Virus record (IMG/VR): IMGVR_UViG_3300005099_000473
Location: 1 to 57,952 of that record
Origin: a virus
Lineage: Duplodnaviria; Caudoviricetes
Length of the DNA: 57,952 nucleotides
Reading direction: 5' to 3' (one strand)
Position 1 is the first letter of the stretch, and every line of letters begins with the position of its first letter. Both the position numbers and the translations under genes were made by a program. Of this stretch, positions 9,058 through 18,539 are shown piece by piece. The notes below the pieces were generated by a model. It was not told the DNA's origin. It did not search any database and saw only the letters and a program-made list of their open reading frames with translations.

Positions 9058-10314
9058 TTGCTTGACTTTAAGAAAATTGAAGGTGAAGATGTAGTATTGG
9101 TAGTTGATACGAATTTGGGTTTGGAACATGCAAGACGTTTAGGTGCCGACGGTTATATGACTTATTATGCAGTAGTTCATGCAGACCCGTATCCAAGGTT
9201 AGAGGATGAAGTATGTGGTTTGGGATTTAATGAAGTTAAGAAGGTATGGGACTGGGGTGAAGGTTTAGAACAAGGGGCAAATATTATTGTATTTACTGAT
9301 AGTGGGTTTGGTGGTTTGGCAAATTGGCTTAGAAAAGAAGGATATTATGTATTTGGTGCTGATGCAATTTCAGAGAGATTAGAACTGGACAGGGTTTATG
9401 TTAGAAGAGTTTTGAAGAAGTTAGGTGTTGATGTGCCACCTGCAGATGTAGTTCAGGGAATTAATGCTGTGGTTGATGTTATTGCGAATAGTGGTGGTAA
9501 AAAGAGGTATGTTAAAGTCAGTAGATTTAGAGGTGGCGTTGAAACTTTTGGAACTTCAGACCCACATGAAGCCGAAATATTGTTAAAGCAAGGTGGTTTC
9601 AGTATAGTTGGTAATGATGCATGGTTTGTAGTTGAACAGAGTTTAGAAGGAATGGTTGAGATTGGAATTGATACATGGTTTAATGGAACAGAATTTCAAC
9701 CGATAGTGGCTGAAACTATTGAGATGAAAGGGGCAGGTAATGTTACAAAGTTTGTGAGGTATGAAAGTAGTGTATGGTATAATGTTTTAGAAAAGTTAAG
9801 ACCGTATTTGGCAAGGAATGGTTATAGGGGAATGTTCTGTTTAGAAGGATTTTATGACGGTAGTAAGATTTATGTAACTGATGTGACTCCGAGGTGGCCA
9901 TATATCTGTAGTTATGCATATCCTAAGATAATTAGGAATTTTAATGAATTGATAATTGGAACAGCTAAAGGCGAATTAGTTGAACCGCAAGTAATGCTTG
10001 AATATAGTGCCCAAATTGGCGTTTATACTGATGATATAGCAAAATGGAGGATAATTAGATATGGCAGAAATGATAATGAGTGGATAGCATACAGAAGAGT
10101 AATTAAGAAAGATGGTAATGTTTGGTTTGTGCCTGGGGATTATGTAGTTGCAGTTGGTATTAGTGAAAGTAATAGTTTGTTAAGGGCAATAAAATTAGCG
10201 ACAATAAGGGCTGAGGCAGTTTCAGCACCGAGTATTTATAGTCAGGGTAGAGAATTGTTAGCGTATATTGAAGAAACAAGAGAAAAGTTAGAACAGTTAG
10301 GTTATGTGTTCTAA
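9058..10314 (+). CDS. ATP-grasp fold enzyme, PurD (GAR synthetase)-like architecture
   Basis: VFG...ERLELDRVYVRRVLKKLGVDVP resembles the PurD LE.SK..K.....GIP segment; also YVK, VVEQ...G.EI and GYRGMF..E...VTDVTPRW. Confidence 0.65.
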   Translation: MLDFKKIEGEDVVLVVDTNLGLEHARRLGADGYMTYYAVVHADPYPRLEDEVCGLGFNEVKKVWDWGEGLEQGANIIVFTDSGFGGLANWLRKEGYYVFGADAISERLELDRVYVRRVLKKLGVDVPPADVVQGINAVVDVIANSGGKKRYVKVSRFRGGVETFGTSDPHEAEILLKQGGFSIVGNDAWFVVEQSLEGMVEIGIDTWFNGTEFQPIVAETIEMKGAGNVTKFVRYESSVWYNVLEKLRPYLARNGYRGMFCLEGFYDGSKIYVTDVTPRWPYICSYAYPKIIRNFNELIIGTAKGELVEPQVMLEYSAQIGVYTDDIAKWRIIRYGRNDNEWIAYRRVIKKDGNVWFVPGDYVVAVGISESNSLLRAIKLATIRAEAVSAPSIYSQGRELLAYIEETREKLEQLGYVF

Positions 10315-10327
10315 TGGAGGTGAGGTA

Positions 10328-11887
10328 ATGGAGTTCAGAAAGCAAGATGTCCCACCAGAGAGAAGGTTGTATATTTCAATTTATGATGTTCCAAAGTATC
10401 AGCAGCTTGGTGTTAGGGTGTATGTTGGGAGAAAAGGAGGGTTATATATTGATAAAATAGAGGCAAAGAAAAAAGGAGTAGATGTAGAGGCTGAGGAGAG
10501 AAAGAAGAAAGAACAATTTTCTGGTGTTGTTCAAGATTTGAGGACAGCGATTGAAGAAGTAGGTGTTGTTGGACAGATGAAGGAAGAATTGAAAGATTTA
10601 ATGTCGAATAATGATGAAGTTGCAGTTGAAGCATATTATAGGATTAGAGGAATAATGCGTAGAATGGAGAAAGAAGGTATAATAAAGAAAGATGTGAAAT
10701 ACCAATTGATTGAAAAGCTAAGAGAATATTTTCTTAGTAAGTTTGGTTATAGACCGTCAGAAGAGAAATTGAAAGAGTATGAGAGTATGCAAGAAGAGAA
10801 GGAAAAGAAAGAGGATAGTAAGTTGAAAGTTCAAGAAGATTTAGTTAGTGGATTGACTGAGTTGTTTAGAATTGCATCAAGTAAAGCCAAAGAGAAAGGA
10901 TATGAGTTTGATGGAGAGTACGTTTTGTATAAGGGTAAGAAAATTGCAAAGATTGAAGGAACAAAAATTGTTAATTTAAAGACAGGAGAGTATTTTGAGT
11001 TGCCAATTGAGTTTTTGAAATGGGTTGTTGAAAAAGAAAGGAAAGATGGTACAGGTTTTAATAAGTTTATAGATAATATTGATGCATATATTGTTAGGTG
11101 GCAAAGTTTAGGAATGCGTAAGATGAATGAAGAGTTGTTAAAGAATTATGAAGAACGTTTAAATGGAATTATTAAATTTGCTAATGAGTTTGAACCGGAG
11201 TATAGGGTTGTTGGTGAAGATTATGGGAAGTATTCGAAAAAAATGGGGTTGAAAGTTTGTACAAATAGTGAATTATTTGAAAAATATTTTACAGATTATT
11301 TGCCGTTAAGTAATGCGTGGTATAATGGAGATTTTGGATTGTTTGCGCCTTTGATTCCAGCTATCAAAGATATTTTGGACGGGAAAGAAGATATGAAAAA
11401 TATATTTGTACCACAACTGAATTTATTGATATCTGCATCAAGGATAGTTGCGGAAAGGTTTGGTTCAGAGTATGTGTATAGAGGAGAGACGAATATTGAA
11501 AGAGCACAAAGAATAATCAGAGAGTTGTTTGAGAGAGGCGAAAGTGAGTATGGTGATAGAATAGTTTCGTTTACAGAGAATGAGAATTTAGCACGCTGGT
11601 ATGCAGTAGTTCATGAACAAATGACGCCGCGTAGTGAAGTTACAGTTTCTAATGTTCTTGTTCGAGTGTCTAAATCAAAGTATTTAGACAGTGTAGTGTT
11701 TGATTATAGGGTAACACAAGACCCTTTGCATCCAGAGCAAGAGATTACATTAAGAATGAAAGGTATAAGATTGACAGTTGATGATGTTCTTGTATATTTA
11801 GAGAAGGAACGTAAATGGGTAACAGTTAAAGAATGTATAGAGAAAGGATACAAGTTTGAAGATATAGTCGGTCAAATGAAAAGGTGA
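10328..11887 (+). CDS. Head-associated protein: shared N-terminal module plus C-terminal R-S-E ADP-ribosyltransferase-like domain
   Basis: YRG (11477), SFT..E.LA..YA and EQE (11735). The N-terminal ~140 aa are homologous to segments of the MuF protein and of the 16985 ORF. Confidence 0.65.
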   Translation: MEFRKQDVPPERRLYISIYDVPKYQQLGVRVYVGRKGGLYIDKIEAKKKGVDVEAEERKKKEQFSGVVQDLRTAIEEVGVVGQMKEELKDLMSNNDEVAVEAYYRIRGIMRRMEKEGIIKKDVKYQLIEKLREYFLSKFGYRPSEEKLKEYESMQEEKEKKEDSKLKVQEDLVSGLTELFRIASSKAKEKGYEFDGEYVLYKGKKIAKIEGTKIVNLKTGEYFELPIEFLKWVVEKERKDGTGFNKFIDNIDAYIVRWQSLGMRKMNEELLKNYEERLNGIIKFANEFEPEYRVVGEDYGKYSKKMGLKVCTNSELFEKYFTDYLPLSNAWYNGDFGLFAPLIPAIKDILDGKEDMKNIFVPQLNLLISASRIVAERFGSEYVYRGETNIERAQRIIRELFERGESEYGDRIVSFTENENLARWYAVVHEQMTPRSEVTVSNVLVRVSKSKYLDSVVFDYRVTQDPLHPEQEITLRMKGIRLTVDDVLVYLEKERKWVTVKECIEKGYKFEDIVGQMKR

Positions 11888-14800
11888 TGAGTATGGTTGT
11901 TAGAATTGATATGGGAATAGATGAGCCAAATATAAAAAGATTGAATAAAAATGAACTTGTTCAGATGATTGAACAAATGGATGAAAATATAGCAAGTAAA
12001 GTTTTTGATTATAGTATTGAAAAATCATTAGTTAATGAGTTTGAGAATATTACAACTGTTGTTGATGATTATGATTTACAGTTGTTGGAGTTAGGCTTTC
12101 AGAAGATACAGAGAAGATTTGCTCGTTGGGCAAGAAAGTATCCAAAGTCAATGGTGTATCAAGCACTTATTGAAGGTGAAATGTGGAAGAATTATAAGGG
12201 TTTGTCTAAGAAGGATTGTGAAAAGATAAATGACATTTTGGTTAAGAGCATATTAGAAGGAAAATATACAAAGCCTGAATTGGTTGCTAAAAGAATTGAA
12301 AAAGAAGTTAGACTGCCATACAATAGGGCATTATTGATTGCTAAAACTGAACTGGCAAATATGGCAAATAAAGCAAGGGAATTGGCATATAAGTCAATGA
12401 CAAAAGTTCAGAAGTTTGTGTGGATTACAGAAAGAGATAGTAAAGTTTGTGAAAAGTGTAAAGAAGTAGCAAGGAGAAGTCAAAATGGTGTTAGTTTAGA
12501 AGAATTAAAGAGAATTATTAAGGAGGTTGCCCCAGATACTGCAAGAGAATTGTTAGTGCATCCAGGTTGTAGGTGTAGTGTATATAGATATTATCCAGAT
12601 AAGAGATATGTTAGATGGTGGGAAAAGGCAGATGTACCACCAGAAAGAAGAATATATATTAAGCCTGAAGAAGTGTCAGCATATCAGCAGGAAGGAATTA
12701 GAGTATATAGAGGTGTAAAAGGAGGATATTATATTGATAAAGAAGAGTTAAGGCAGAAAAAAGGAACTGAAGCAGAAAGGCAAATAGAAAGGAGAAGTGA
12801 ATTGGTTCAGCGTGCAGTTACGAATTTGGTTAGAAGGGTAGAGCGTTTAGGTTTAAGAGATAAGTTAGAAAGTGAGTTGAAAAATGTTTTTGAAGGTAAT
12901 GAAGAGGAAGCATTTGAATCATATTTTAAAGTAAGAGGAATATTTAGAAAGTTAAAGAAGAGTGGTGCGGTAGATAGAAGGGAATATAATGGTCTGACGA
13001 CTGGTTTAAGGGAAATATACAGAAGAAGGTTTGGATATTTGCCAGGTGTTAAAGCAATGAATGAAGTGATTAGTCAAGAAAAGGAGGAAGTTGAACGAAA
13101 GCCAAGGGAAATTAATATTAAAGAGTTTGTTCGTAATGTAAAAGAGATGTCGTATATGGATTGGATTGCTGAATATAAAGAGATGAGTAGTTTAATTAGG
13201 AAGGTTGGTGGGAATGACGCAAAAATTTTGTCTAATGTGCTTGATGTTGTAGATAAGTCTTTTGGTGGTAAATTGTATTTTAATGAAGGAGATGCATGGG
13301 TAGTATTGTCAGGTTTGTATATCTTTAAAAAATATGCAGAAAGTTTGAAAGATAGGAAACTTAAAAAAGAATTTGAGAAGAGATTAAATGCGATGTTAAG
13401 ATTAATGGGTTTGGATTTAAGTCAGTTAGATTATATGGCAGATAAGGTGTTAGTATTAGATGAAAAGAAAGTTTTAGATATAATTAATGAGATTAAGGTT
13501 GATAATGTTATAGCAAGGTTTGGTAATGAGTCAGTTTATCAGTTAAATAAATTTGTAAATGTAATAAAGTCTATAATGGGGAAGTATGGTTTGCCAATTA
13601 GTGGGAAAGTGTATTATCCTTATACGAATTTAAGAATAATGATAATGAGGAATATTAATTTTGCAGGGTTGGAGGATGAGGTTTTAGATGATTTGGTTGA
13701 AGGTAGTTTGGAAATATTGGATGATAATGATTTTGAGGAATATATTGGTGAATATCAGAATGTTTTGACAAGGATAGATAGAGTTTTTGGTTTAAGAATT
13801 ATGGATGATGTTCGGTCAGCATTTAGGGATATTGGAAAAATAAGACCATACCTGAAGCTTTTCAATAGAAATAATGCAAAAGATATTAATATTGATGACT
13901 TTGGTATAAATGCTAAACAGTTTGTTAAGTTAAGTAATATAATTAAAGCTTATGGAGATAAAGAGGATGTTTTGGGAAATAAAATAATGACGTTTCAGAA
14001 CTATGCAGAACGTTATGGAGAGGATAGATATATAGATGAGATTGTGGAGCGAAAACTTGGTGTGGCAGTTGGTATGGTATTTAGAATGGCTAAGTTTTTT
14101 GAGCATGTCGGTTTTGATAGAAAAACTGCAATGGCTTTAGCAAAAGGTTGGGAAGTTATGCGTTCATGGACATTATCAGATTTTAAGAAATATACTGGGC
14201 ATATTGAGGAGTATGTTCATAGAATAAGGGGCAATAGTAGACCAAAACGTGCCAAGCAGAGTATTGAGAAAGAATCGTTTAAGAAATTGTTTGAAGCTAC
14301 AGCGCCTGAAGAAGTTAGTTTGTATAGGAAGTTTACTGAAGATTTTGTTAGTGGATATTATGGTGATGAAGTTAAGGTGTATAGAGGAGTTTCAGATTTT
14401 GAATTTATACAGATAGTTAGGGCTATGTTTAAGCAGAAGACAAGGAATGTAAAGTTGAAAGCGACTCTGGTTTCGACATCATTGGCTGTTGATATAGCTG
14501 AGGAATTTGCATCTTGTAATACAATAATTAGAGCTAAAATCAGGCCAGAACAAGTTTGGGGTGGTTGGTGGAATGCCAGTCCAGCGTATGAACATGAAGA
14601 AGAATTTATTGTAGAATTTCCAGAGGAAGGCATGGATGTTGAGTTAGTAAGGACACTTGAAGATTTTGAAGAGGCATATGATTTGTATGCTTATGTATTT
14701 GAGGAGGGTGCTCTTATTTATAATAGTTCAGAATGGGAACATTATGTGTATGCAACTGCAGATGGGTTTAATCTTATTGGTGAGAAGGTTTTAAAGTCTT

Positions 14801-15054
14801 TGGAAATGGTTAAGAATAAAGAAATTTTTAAGCCAATAGTGAAAGATATAGTTGATGTTTGGTCAGATATTTATGACAAAATGGTTGAGAGTTTAAGGAA
14901 TTTAGAAGGAGTTTCTGAAGATAGTAAAGATAGATTTTTCACAAGGTTTGAAGCAATTTTGATAGATTTAAATGGGGAGTTTGGTGATATTGAAGGTGTT
15001 AAAGAGTTTTATGAGAAAGTCAAGAAAGATAAAAAAGAATTTTTAGGAGGATGA
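11884..15054 (+). CDS. MuF/SPP1 gp7-like minor head protein fused to the shared module and an ADP-ribosyltransferase-like domain (MuF polymorphic-toxin architecture)
   Basis: MuF motifs IAKTE, WIT..D.KVC..C and HPGCRC; ART motifs YRG (14380), STS.....A..FA and EEE (14596). Confidence 0.8.
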   Translation: MMSMVVRIDMGIDEPNIKRLNKNELVQMIEQMDENIASKVFDYSIEKSLVNEFENITTVVDDYDLQLLELGFQKIQRRFARWARKYPKSMVYQALIEGEMWKNYKGLSKKDCEKINDILVKSILEGKYTKPELVAKRIEKEVRLPYNRALLIAKTELANMANKARELAYKSMTKVQKFVWITERDSKVCEKCKEVARRSQNGVSLEELKRIIKEVAPDTARELLVHPGCRCSVYRYYPDKRYVRWWEKADVPPERRIYIKPEEVSAYQQEGIRVYRGVKGGYYIDKEELRQKKGTEAERQIERRSELVQRAVTNLVRRVERLGLRDKLESELKNVFEGNEEEAFESYFKVRGIFRKLKKSGAVDRREYNGLTTGLREIYRRRFGYLPGVKAMNEVISQEKEEVERKPREINIKEFVRNVKEMSYMDWIAEYKEMSSLIRKVGGNDAKILSNVLDVVDKSFGGKLYFNEGDAWVVLSGLYIFKKYAESLKDRKLKKEFEKRLNAMLRLMGLDLSQLDYMADKVLVLDEKKVLDIINEIKVDNVIARFGNESVYQLNKFVNVIKSIMGKYGLPISGKVYYPYTNLRIMIMRNINFAGLEDEVLDDLVEGSLEILDDNDFEEYIGEYQNVLTRIDRVFGLRIMDDVRSAFRDIGKIRPYLKLFNRNNAKDINIDDFGINAKQFVKLSNIIKAYGDKEDVLGNKIMTFQNYAERYGEDRYIDEIVERKLGVAVGMVFRMAKFFEHVGFDRKTAMALAKGWEVMRSWTLSDFKKYTGHIEEYVHRIRGNSRPKRAKQSIEKESFKKLFEATAPEEVSLYRKFTEDFVSGYYGDEVKVYRGVSDFEFIQIVRAMFKQKTRNVKLKATLVSTSLAVDIAEEFASCNTIIRAKIRPEQVWGGWWNASPAYEHEEEFIVEFPEEGMDVELVRTLEDFEEAYDLYAYVFEEGALIYNSSEWEHYVYATADGFNLIGEKVLKSLEMVKNKEIFKPIVKDIVDVWSDIYDKMVESLRNLEGVSEDSKDRFFTRFEAILIDLNGEFGDIEGVKEFYEKVKKDKKEFLGG

Positions 15055-15058
15055 TAAA

Positions 15059-15334
15059 ATGGAGATAGTTCCGTATGAGTATTATGTTGATGGCAGTTTA
15101 GATTGGTTAAGGGTAGTTAGAAGAATAAGGGAAGCTATTGATGGTAGTAGTATTCCAAGGTCAAGAAGGTTATATGTAAAGAGTAAAATGGTAATTGCAG
15201 TATTGCCGTTAGATGTAAGGTTGTATAAAGATGAGAATGGTAAATTGTTTGTGGATGAGAAAGATATAAGTAATTGGGATGGTTTTGATGAATATGAAAG
15301 AATGTTTGATAAAGTATCGAAAAATATAAAATAA
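15059..15334 (+). CDS. Small protein with a degenerate copy of the shared motif; sits where MuF-toxin immunity genes usually are
   Basis: IPRSRRLYV...VRLYKDENGKLFVD versus VPPERRLYI...VRVYVGRKGGLYID. Confidence 0.55.
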   Translation: MEIVPYEYYVDGSLDWLRVVRRIREAIDGSSIPRSRRLYVKSKMVIAVLPLDVRLYKDENGKLFVDEKDISNWDGFDEYERMFDKVSKNIK

Positions 15335-15372
15335 ATGGGACAATAAAATTTAAATAATGGGGGTGAAGTAAA

Positions 15373-16956
15373 ATGGAACTTGTTGAAATTAATAAGCAGT
15401 TAGATAAAGAATTTAAGCTCAGTGTGGTTAATGAGGATGAGCGATTGATTGCAGGATGGGCAAGTGTTGAAGTTATTGATAAACAGGGTCAGTATGTTGA
15501 TGTTGATACTTTGGCTAAGGCAATGTTAAAGTTTATGGATAGAGGTGGTTTTGTAAATTACGGTCATGAAAATAAACCAATTGGTAAAGTATTGCAATGG
15601 GAAATTAGAAAGCATCCGAATACGGGGCAGTTAGGAGTTTGGATTATTGCAAAGATAAATAAGGGATATAAGTTAGATGATATTGTTTGGAATTTGATTA
15701 AGTCAGGAAAGTTAAAGGGGTTCAGTATTGCAGGGCTTGGTAATTTAGAAAAAAGAATTATGAAGTCAGATGATGGTCAAGAAAGAGAAGTTGAGGTTTT
15801 GAAAGATGTTGAATTGACTGAGATTAGTATTGTTGATGAACCAGCCAACCCGTATGCACTTATTGAAGAAGTAAGTGTTTTTGCTAAGGGTTCAGTTAAA
15901 GAGATTATGAAAACTGATTATGTTCAGGGTTTGGTTGATGTTTTGTGGGAAAGAATTGATGACATTTTAAGAAAGTATAATATTAGTAAGTCACAAGTTA
16001 TTGCGGATGAAATAGCAGATGAAGTTGAAAAGCATTTTGAAGAGTATGTTAGTTATGTTCAGAAATTCTTTAAGAAAGAAGATGATTTAGAGCATGTTAG
16101 GGATAAGGGTAGGTTGATTGCAACGTTTGATAATAAGGCTGAGGCAGAGAGTTATGCTAAAGAGAAAGGATATGAAGTATTTGAGACAAAGTCTGGTAGA
16201 TGGGCAGTTGTTGAAGTTCAGAAGGCCGAAGGTGCGATTACTACAGAGACTGAGGGTATGATGAATCCGACGTATGGTGATAAAGTTGAAAAACCAAAAG
16301 AAAAGAAAAAAGAAGATGAAGAAGAGGATGTTGAGAAGAAGTATGTAATAAGGGATTTAGAAGGTTTAGAAAGGTTAGAAGTAATGAAATCTGAAGACGG
16401 TTATATTGTTAAAGACTTAAAGACAGGTGAAGAAGTTAAAGTATTTGAAAAGGTATTGACCGAGTTTAAGAAACCAGAAGATTTAAGACCGCCTAAGGAA
16501 TGGTGGGAGAGATGTGTTGAAGAAACAGGCAGGCCAGGGCTTTGTGGTTGGGTGTATTATCATCATTTGAAACCAGAGAAGCCAGCAGGAAAGAAGGATA
16601 AGCCACATACCAGAACGGCAAGACAAAGAAAGAAGAAATGGTTAAAGGAGAAAAAGTCAGGTGAAGTTAAACTCAAAATTGAAGAGTTAAGAAAAACAGT
16701 TAAAGAATTAAAGAAGGCGTTAAATATTGAAGGTACAGTTGAAATAAGAAAGCCATTTGCAGGATTTAAGGATTGGGATGATTGTATAAAGAAAATGAAG
16801 GAACAAGGGTATAGTGAAGAAAGTGCAAAGAGAATTTGTGGTAAGTTAAAAGCAGAGTATGAAAAGGCGCTAATAAGAAAGAGAATGACAAAAACAAAGA
16901 GAATACTAAAGGGAATTGAAATAAAGAAGAAAATAAAAAGACTTTTGAAGAATTAA
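15373..16956 (+). CDS. HK97-type prohead (maturation) protease with a long C-terminal extension
   Basis: IAGWAS.E.IDKQG, YGH...PIGK, KGFSI.G and EISIVDEPANP. The extension has two W..C...CG mini-domains. Confidence 0.88.
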   Translation: MELVEINKQLDKEFKLSVVNEDERLIAGWASVEVIDKQGQYVDVDTLAKAMLKFMDRGGFVNYGHENKPIGKVLQWEIRKHPNTGQLGVWIIAKINKGYKLDDIVWNLIKSGKLKGFSIAGLGNLEKRIMKSDDGQEREVEVLKDVELTEISIVDEPANPYALIEEVSVFAKGSVKEIMKTDYVQGLVDVLWERIDDILRKYNISKSQVIADEIADEVEKHFEEYVSYVQKFFKKEDDLEHVRDKGRLIATFDNKAEAESYAKEKGYEVFETKSGRWAVVEVQKAEGAITTETEGMMNPTYGDKVEKPKEKKKEDEEEDVEKKYVIRDLEGLERLEVMKSEDGYIVKDLKTGEEVKVFEKVLTEFKKPEDLRPPKEWWERCVEETGRPGLCGWVYYHHLKPEKPAGKKDKPHTRTARQRKKKWLKEKKSGEVKLKIEELRKTVKELKKALNIEGTVEIRKPFAGFKDWDDCIKKMKEQGYSEESAKRICGKLKAEYEKALIRKRMTKTKRILKGIEIKKKIKRLLKN

Positions 16957-16984
16957 TCTAAATTAACTATAGAGGTGATGAAAA

Positions 16985-18427
16985 TTGGATAAGCTGAAGG
17001 TAGACAAGGTTATATTGAAAGCATTGAATTTGAGTAATAAGATTGAATTAATAAAGGATGGTTGGAGATACATTAAGCCAGAAGATGTTCCAAAGTATAA
17101 GGCAAGGGGTTATATAGTCGAAAGAGGCCCCAGAGGAGGTTGGAGAGTTAAAGTAAGTGATTCAGGCCGTCCAGTTAAAGAAGGAAAGAAACCAAGTGGA
17201 ATAACGTTCGACCGTAGTATTCAGAACTTTATAAGAAGTGCAGAATTGTTTGGCGTTAAAGATAAGTTAGTAAATGAGCTTAAGGATTTTATGTCTGATA
17301 ATGAGGATAAGTCAAATGAGGCGTACTTTAGGATACGCCAAATGCTTAGGGACATGAAAAGGGAAGGTCATATTGATAGTAAACAGTATAATCGTTTGGC
17401 AAATGGTATAAGAGATGCATATAAGAGAAAGTTTGGAGAATTACCAGCAAAGAAAAAGTTAAAAGAAGCGAAAGAGAAAATAAAACCAAAAGAAGAGAAA
17501 AAACCAAAGAAAAAAATTGATTGGTCAGATTGGGGTAAGTATGATAGAGGTGATTCGTATGATAAAGTATATAGTGAGTTTATTAATTTTGTAGAAGATT
17601 TGCTTAAAGAAGATGCGGAGTCATATACTCTAGAAGGCGATAAGTTTACGTGTAGAGTATTTGAAGTTGGCGGTAAAGAGTTTAGGGTAGTAAAATCAAG
17701 AACGAGTCAAGGTTGGACTGATTATTGGATTGAGTCAGAAGATATGCATGATGAAGATTTACCGTTTAGTCATATAATTATTGCAAGAATTGGACATCCG
17801 TTAGGATGGAGAGGTGGCGGAGGAGGTGCGTTATATTGGCGTGGATATCCAGAGCTATTTAGGAAAATAAAGGAGTTATATTATCAAAAGGGAGAATCAA
17901 AAGAGTTAAAGTTAGATTCTTGGCAAAAAGAAGAGGAAGAAATTAAAAGATTAAAAGATTCAGTTAAGTGGCCAGGTGACCCAATAACGTATGATAGGTA
18001 TGTTCAAGAGAAAGTTTACAAGTATTATGAAGAGAAGTATCCGGGCAAAGGTGAATTTAAATCGTTAGAAGATTTCAAGAGCGCAATAAAGCAAAGTTCA
18101 GATAGATTCAGGAAGATACATAACAGATACTGGACAGGAGAGTTTGATACTACATTTACGATAGTGCAGGTTGGTAATAGAAAGTTTGGTGTGTTTTATA
18201 ATGATGGTAAATATAGAGGAGATAGATATATTGAGTTGTTTGTGGCGAATGAGAATGGGCAGAAAGTTTATTCGATAAAAATGATTAACAATAAAGTAGA
18301 TGAGAAAGGTAGTAATAATTTGGCTTCGTATATTGTTAGAAAGATATTGGACGGTGAAGCGAAAGTTCTGAAGAATGAAATGAATCGTGTTAATCCAAAA
18401 TCAGGCGGTATATATGCAGTTGTTTGA
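16985..18427 (+). CDS. Head-associated protein: shared module plus unknown C-terminal cargo domains
   Basis: YIKPEDVPKY...GPRGGW and GVKDKL..ELKD....NE....EAYFRIR...KFGELP match the module in the 10328 and 11884 ORFs; lies between protease and scaffold. Confidence 0.65.
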   Translation: MDKLKVDKVILKALNLSNKIELIKDGWRYIKPEDVPKYKARGYIVERGPRGGWRVKVSDSGRPVKEGKKPSGITFDRSIQNFIRSAELFGVKDKLVNELKDFMSDNEDKSNEAYFRIRQMLRDMKREGHIDSKQYNRLANGIRDAYKRKFGELPAKKKLKEAKEKIKPKEEKKPKKKIDWSDWGKYDRGDSYDKVYSEFINFVEDLLKEDAESYTLEGDKFTCRVFEVGGKEFRVVKSRTSQGWTDYWIESEDMHDEDLPFSHIIIARIGHPLGWRGGGGGALYWRGYPELFRKIKELYYQKGESKELKLDSWQKEEEEIKRLKDSVKWPGDPITYDRYVQEKVYKYYEEKYPGKGEFKSLEDFKSAIKQSSDRFRKIHNRYWTGEFDTTFTIVQVGNRKFGVFYNDGKYRGDRYIELFVANENGQKVYSIKMINNKVDEKGSNNLASYIVRKILDGEAKVLKNEMNRVNPKSGGIYAVV

Positions 18428-18459
18428 GGTAGTTTATTGTGAAAGTTTTGCTTAAATGG

Positions 18460-18478
18460 TCGAAAAATATATAAATAG
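18460..18478 (+). promoter_or_regulatory. Archaeal BRE/TATA-like promoter upstream of scaffold and capsid genes
   Basis: TCGAAAAATATATAAATAG in an intergenic gap about 60 bp before ATG 18540; a similar TCGAAAAATATAAAATA lies at about 15318, before the protease gene. Confidence 0.55.
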
Positions 18479-18539
18479 TCGTTAAGAAAAATAATATAGG
18501 ATAGCTGATTTGTTTGGTTAAATAAGGGGGTGTTTAAAT

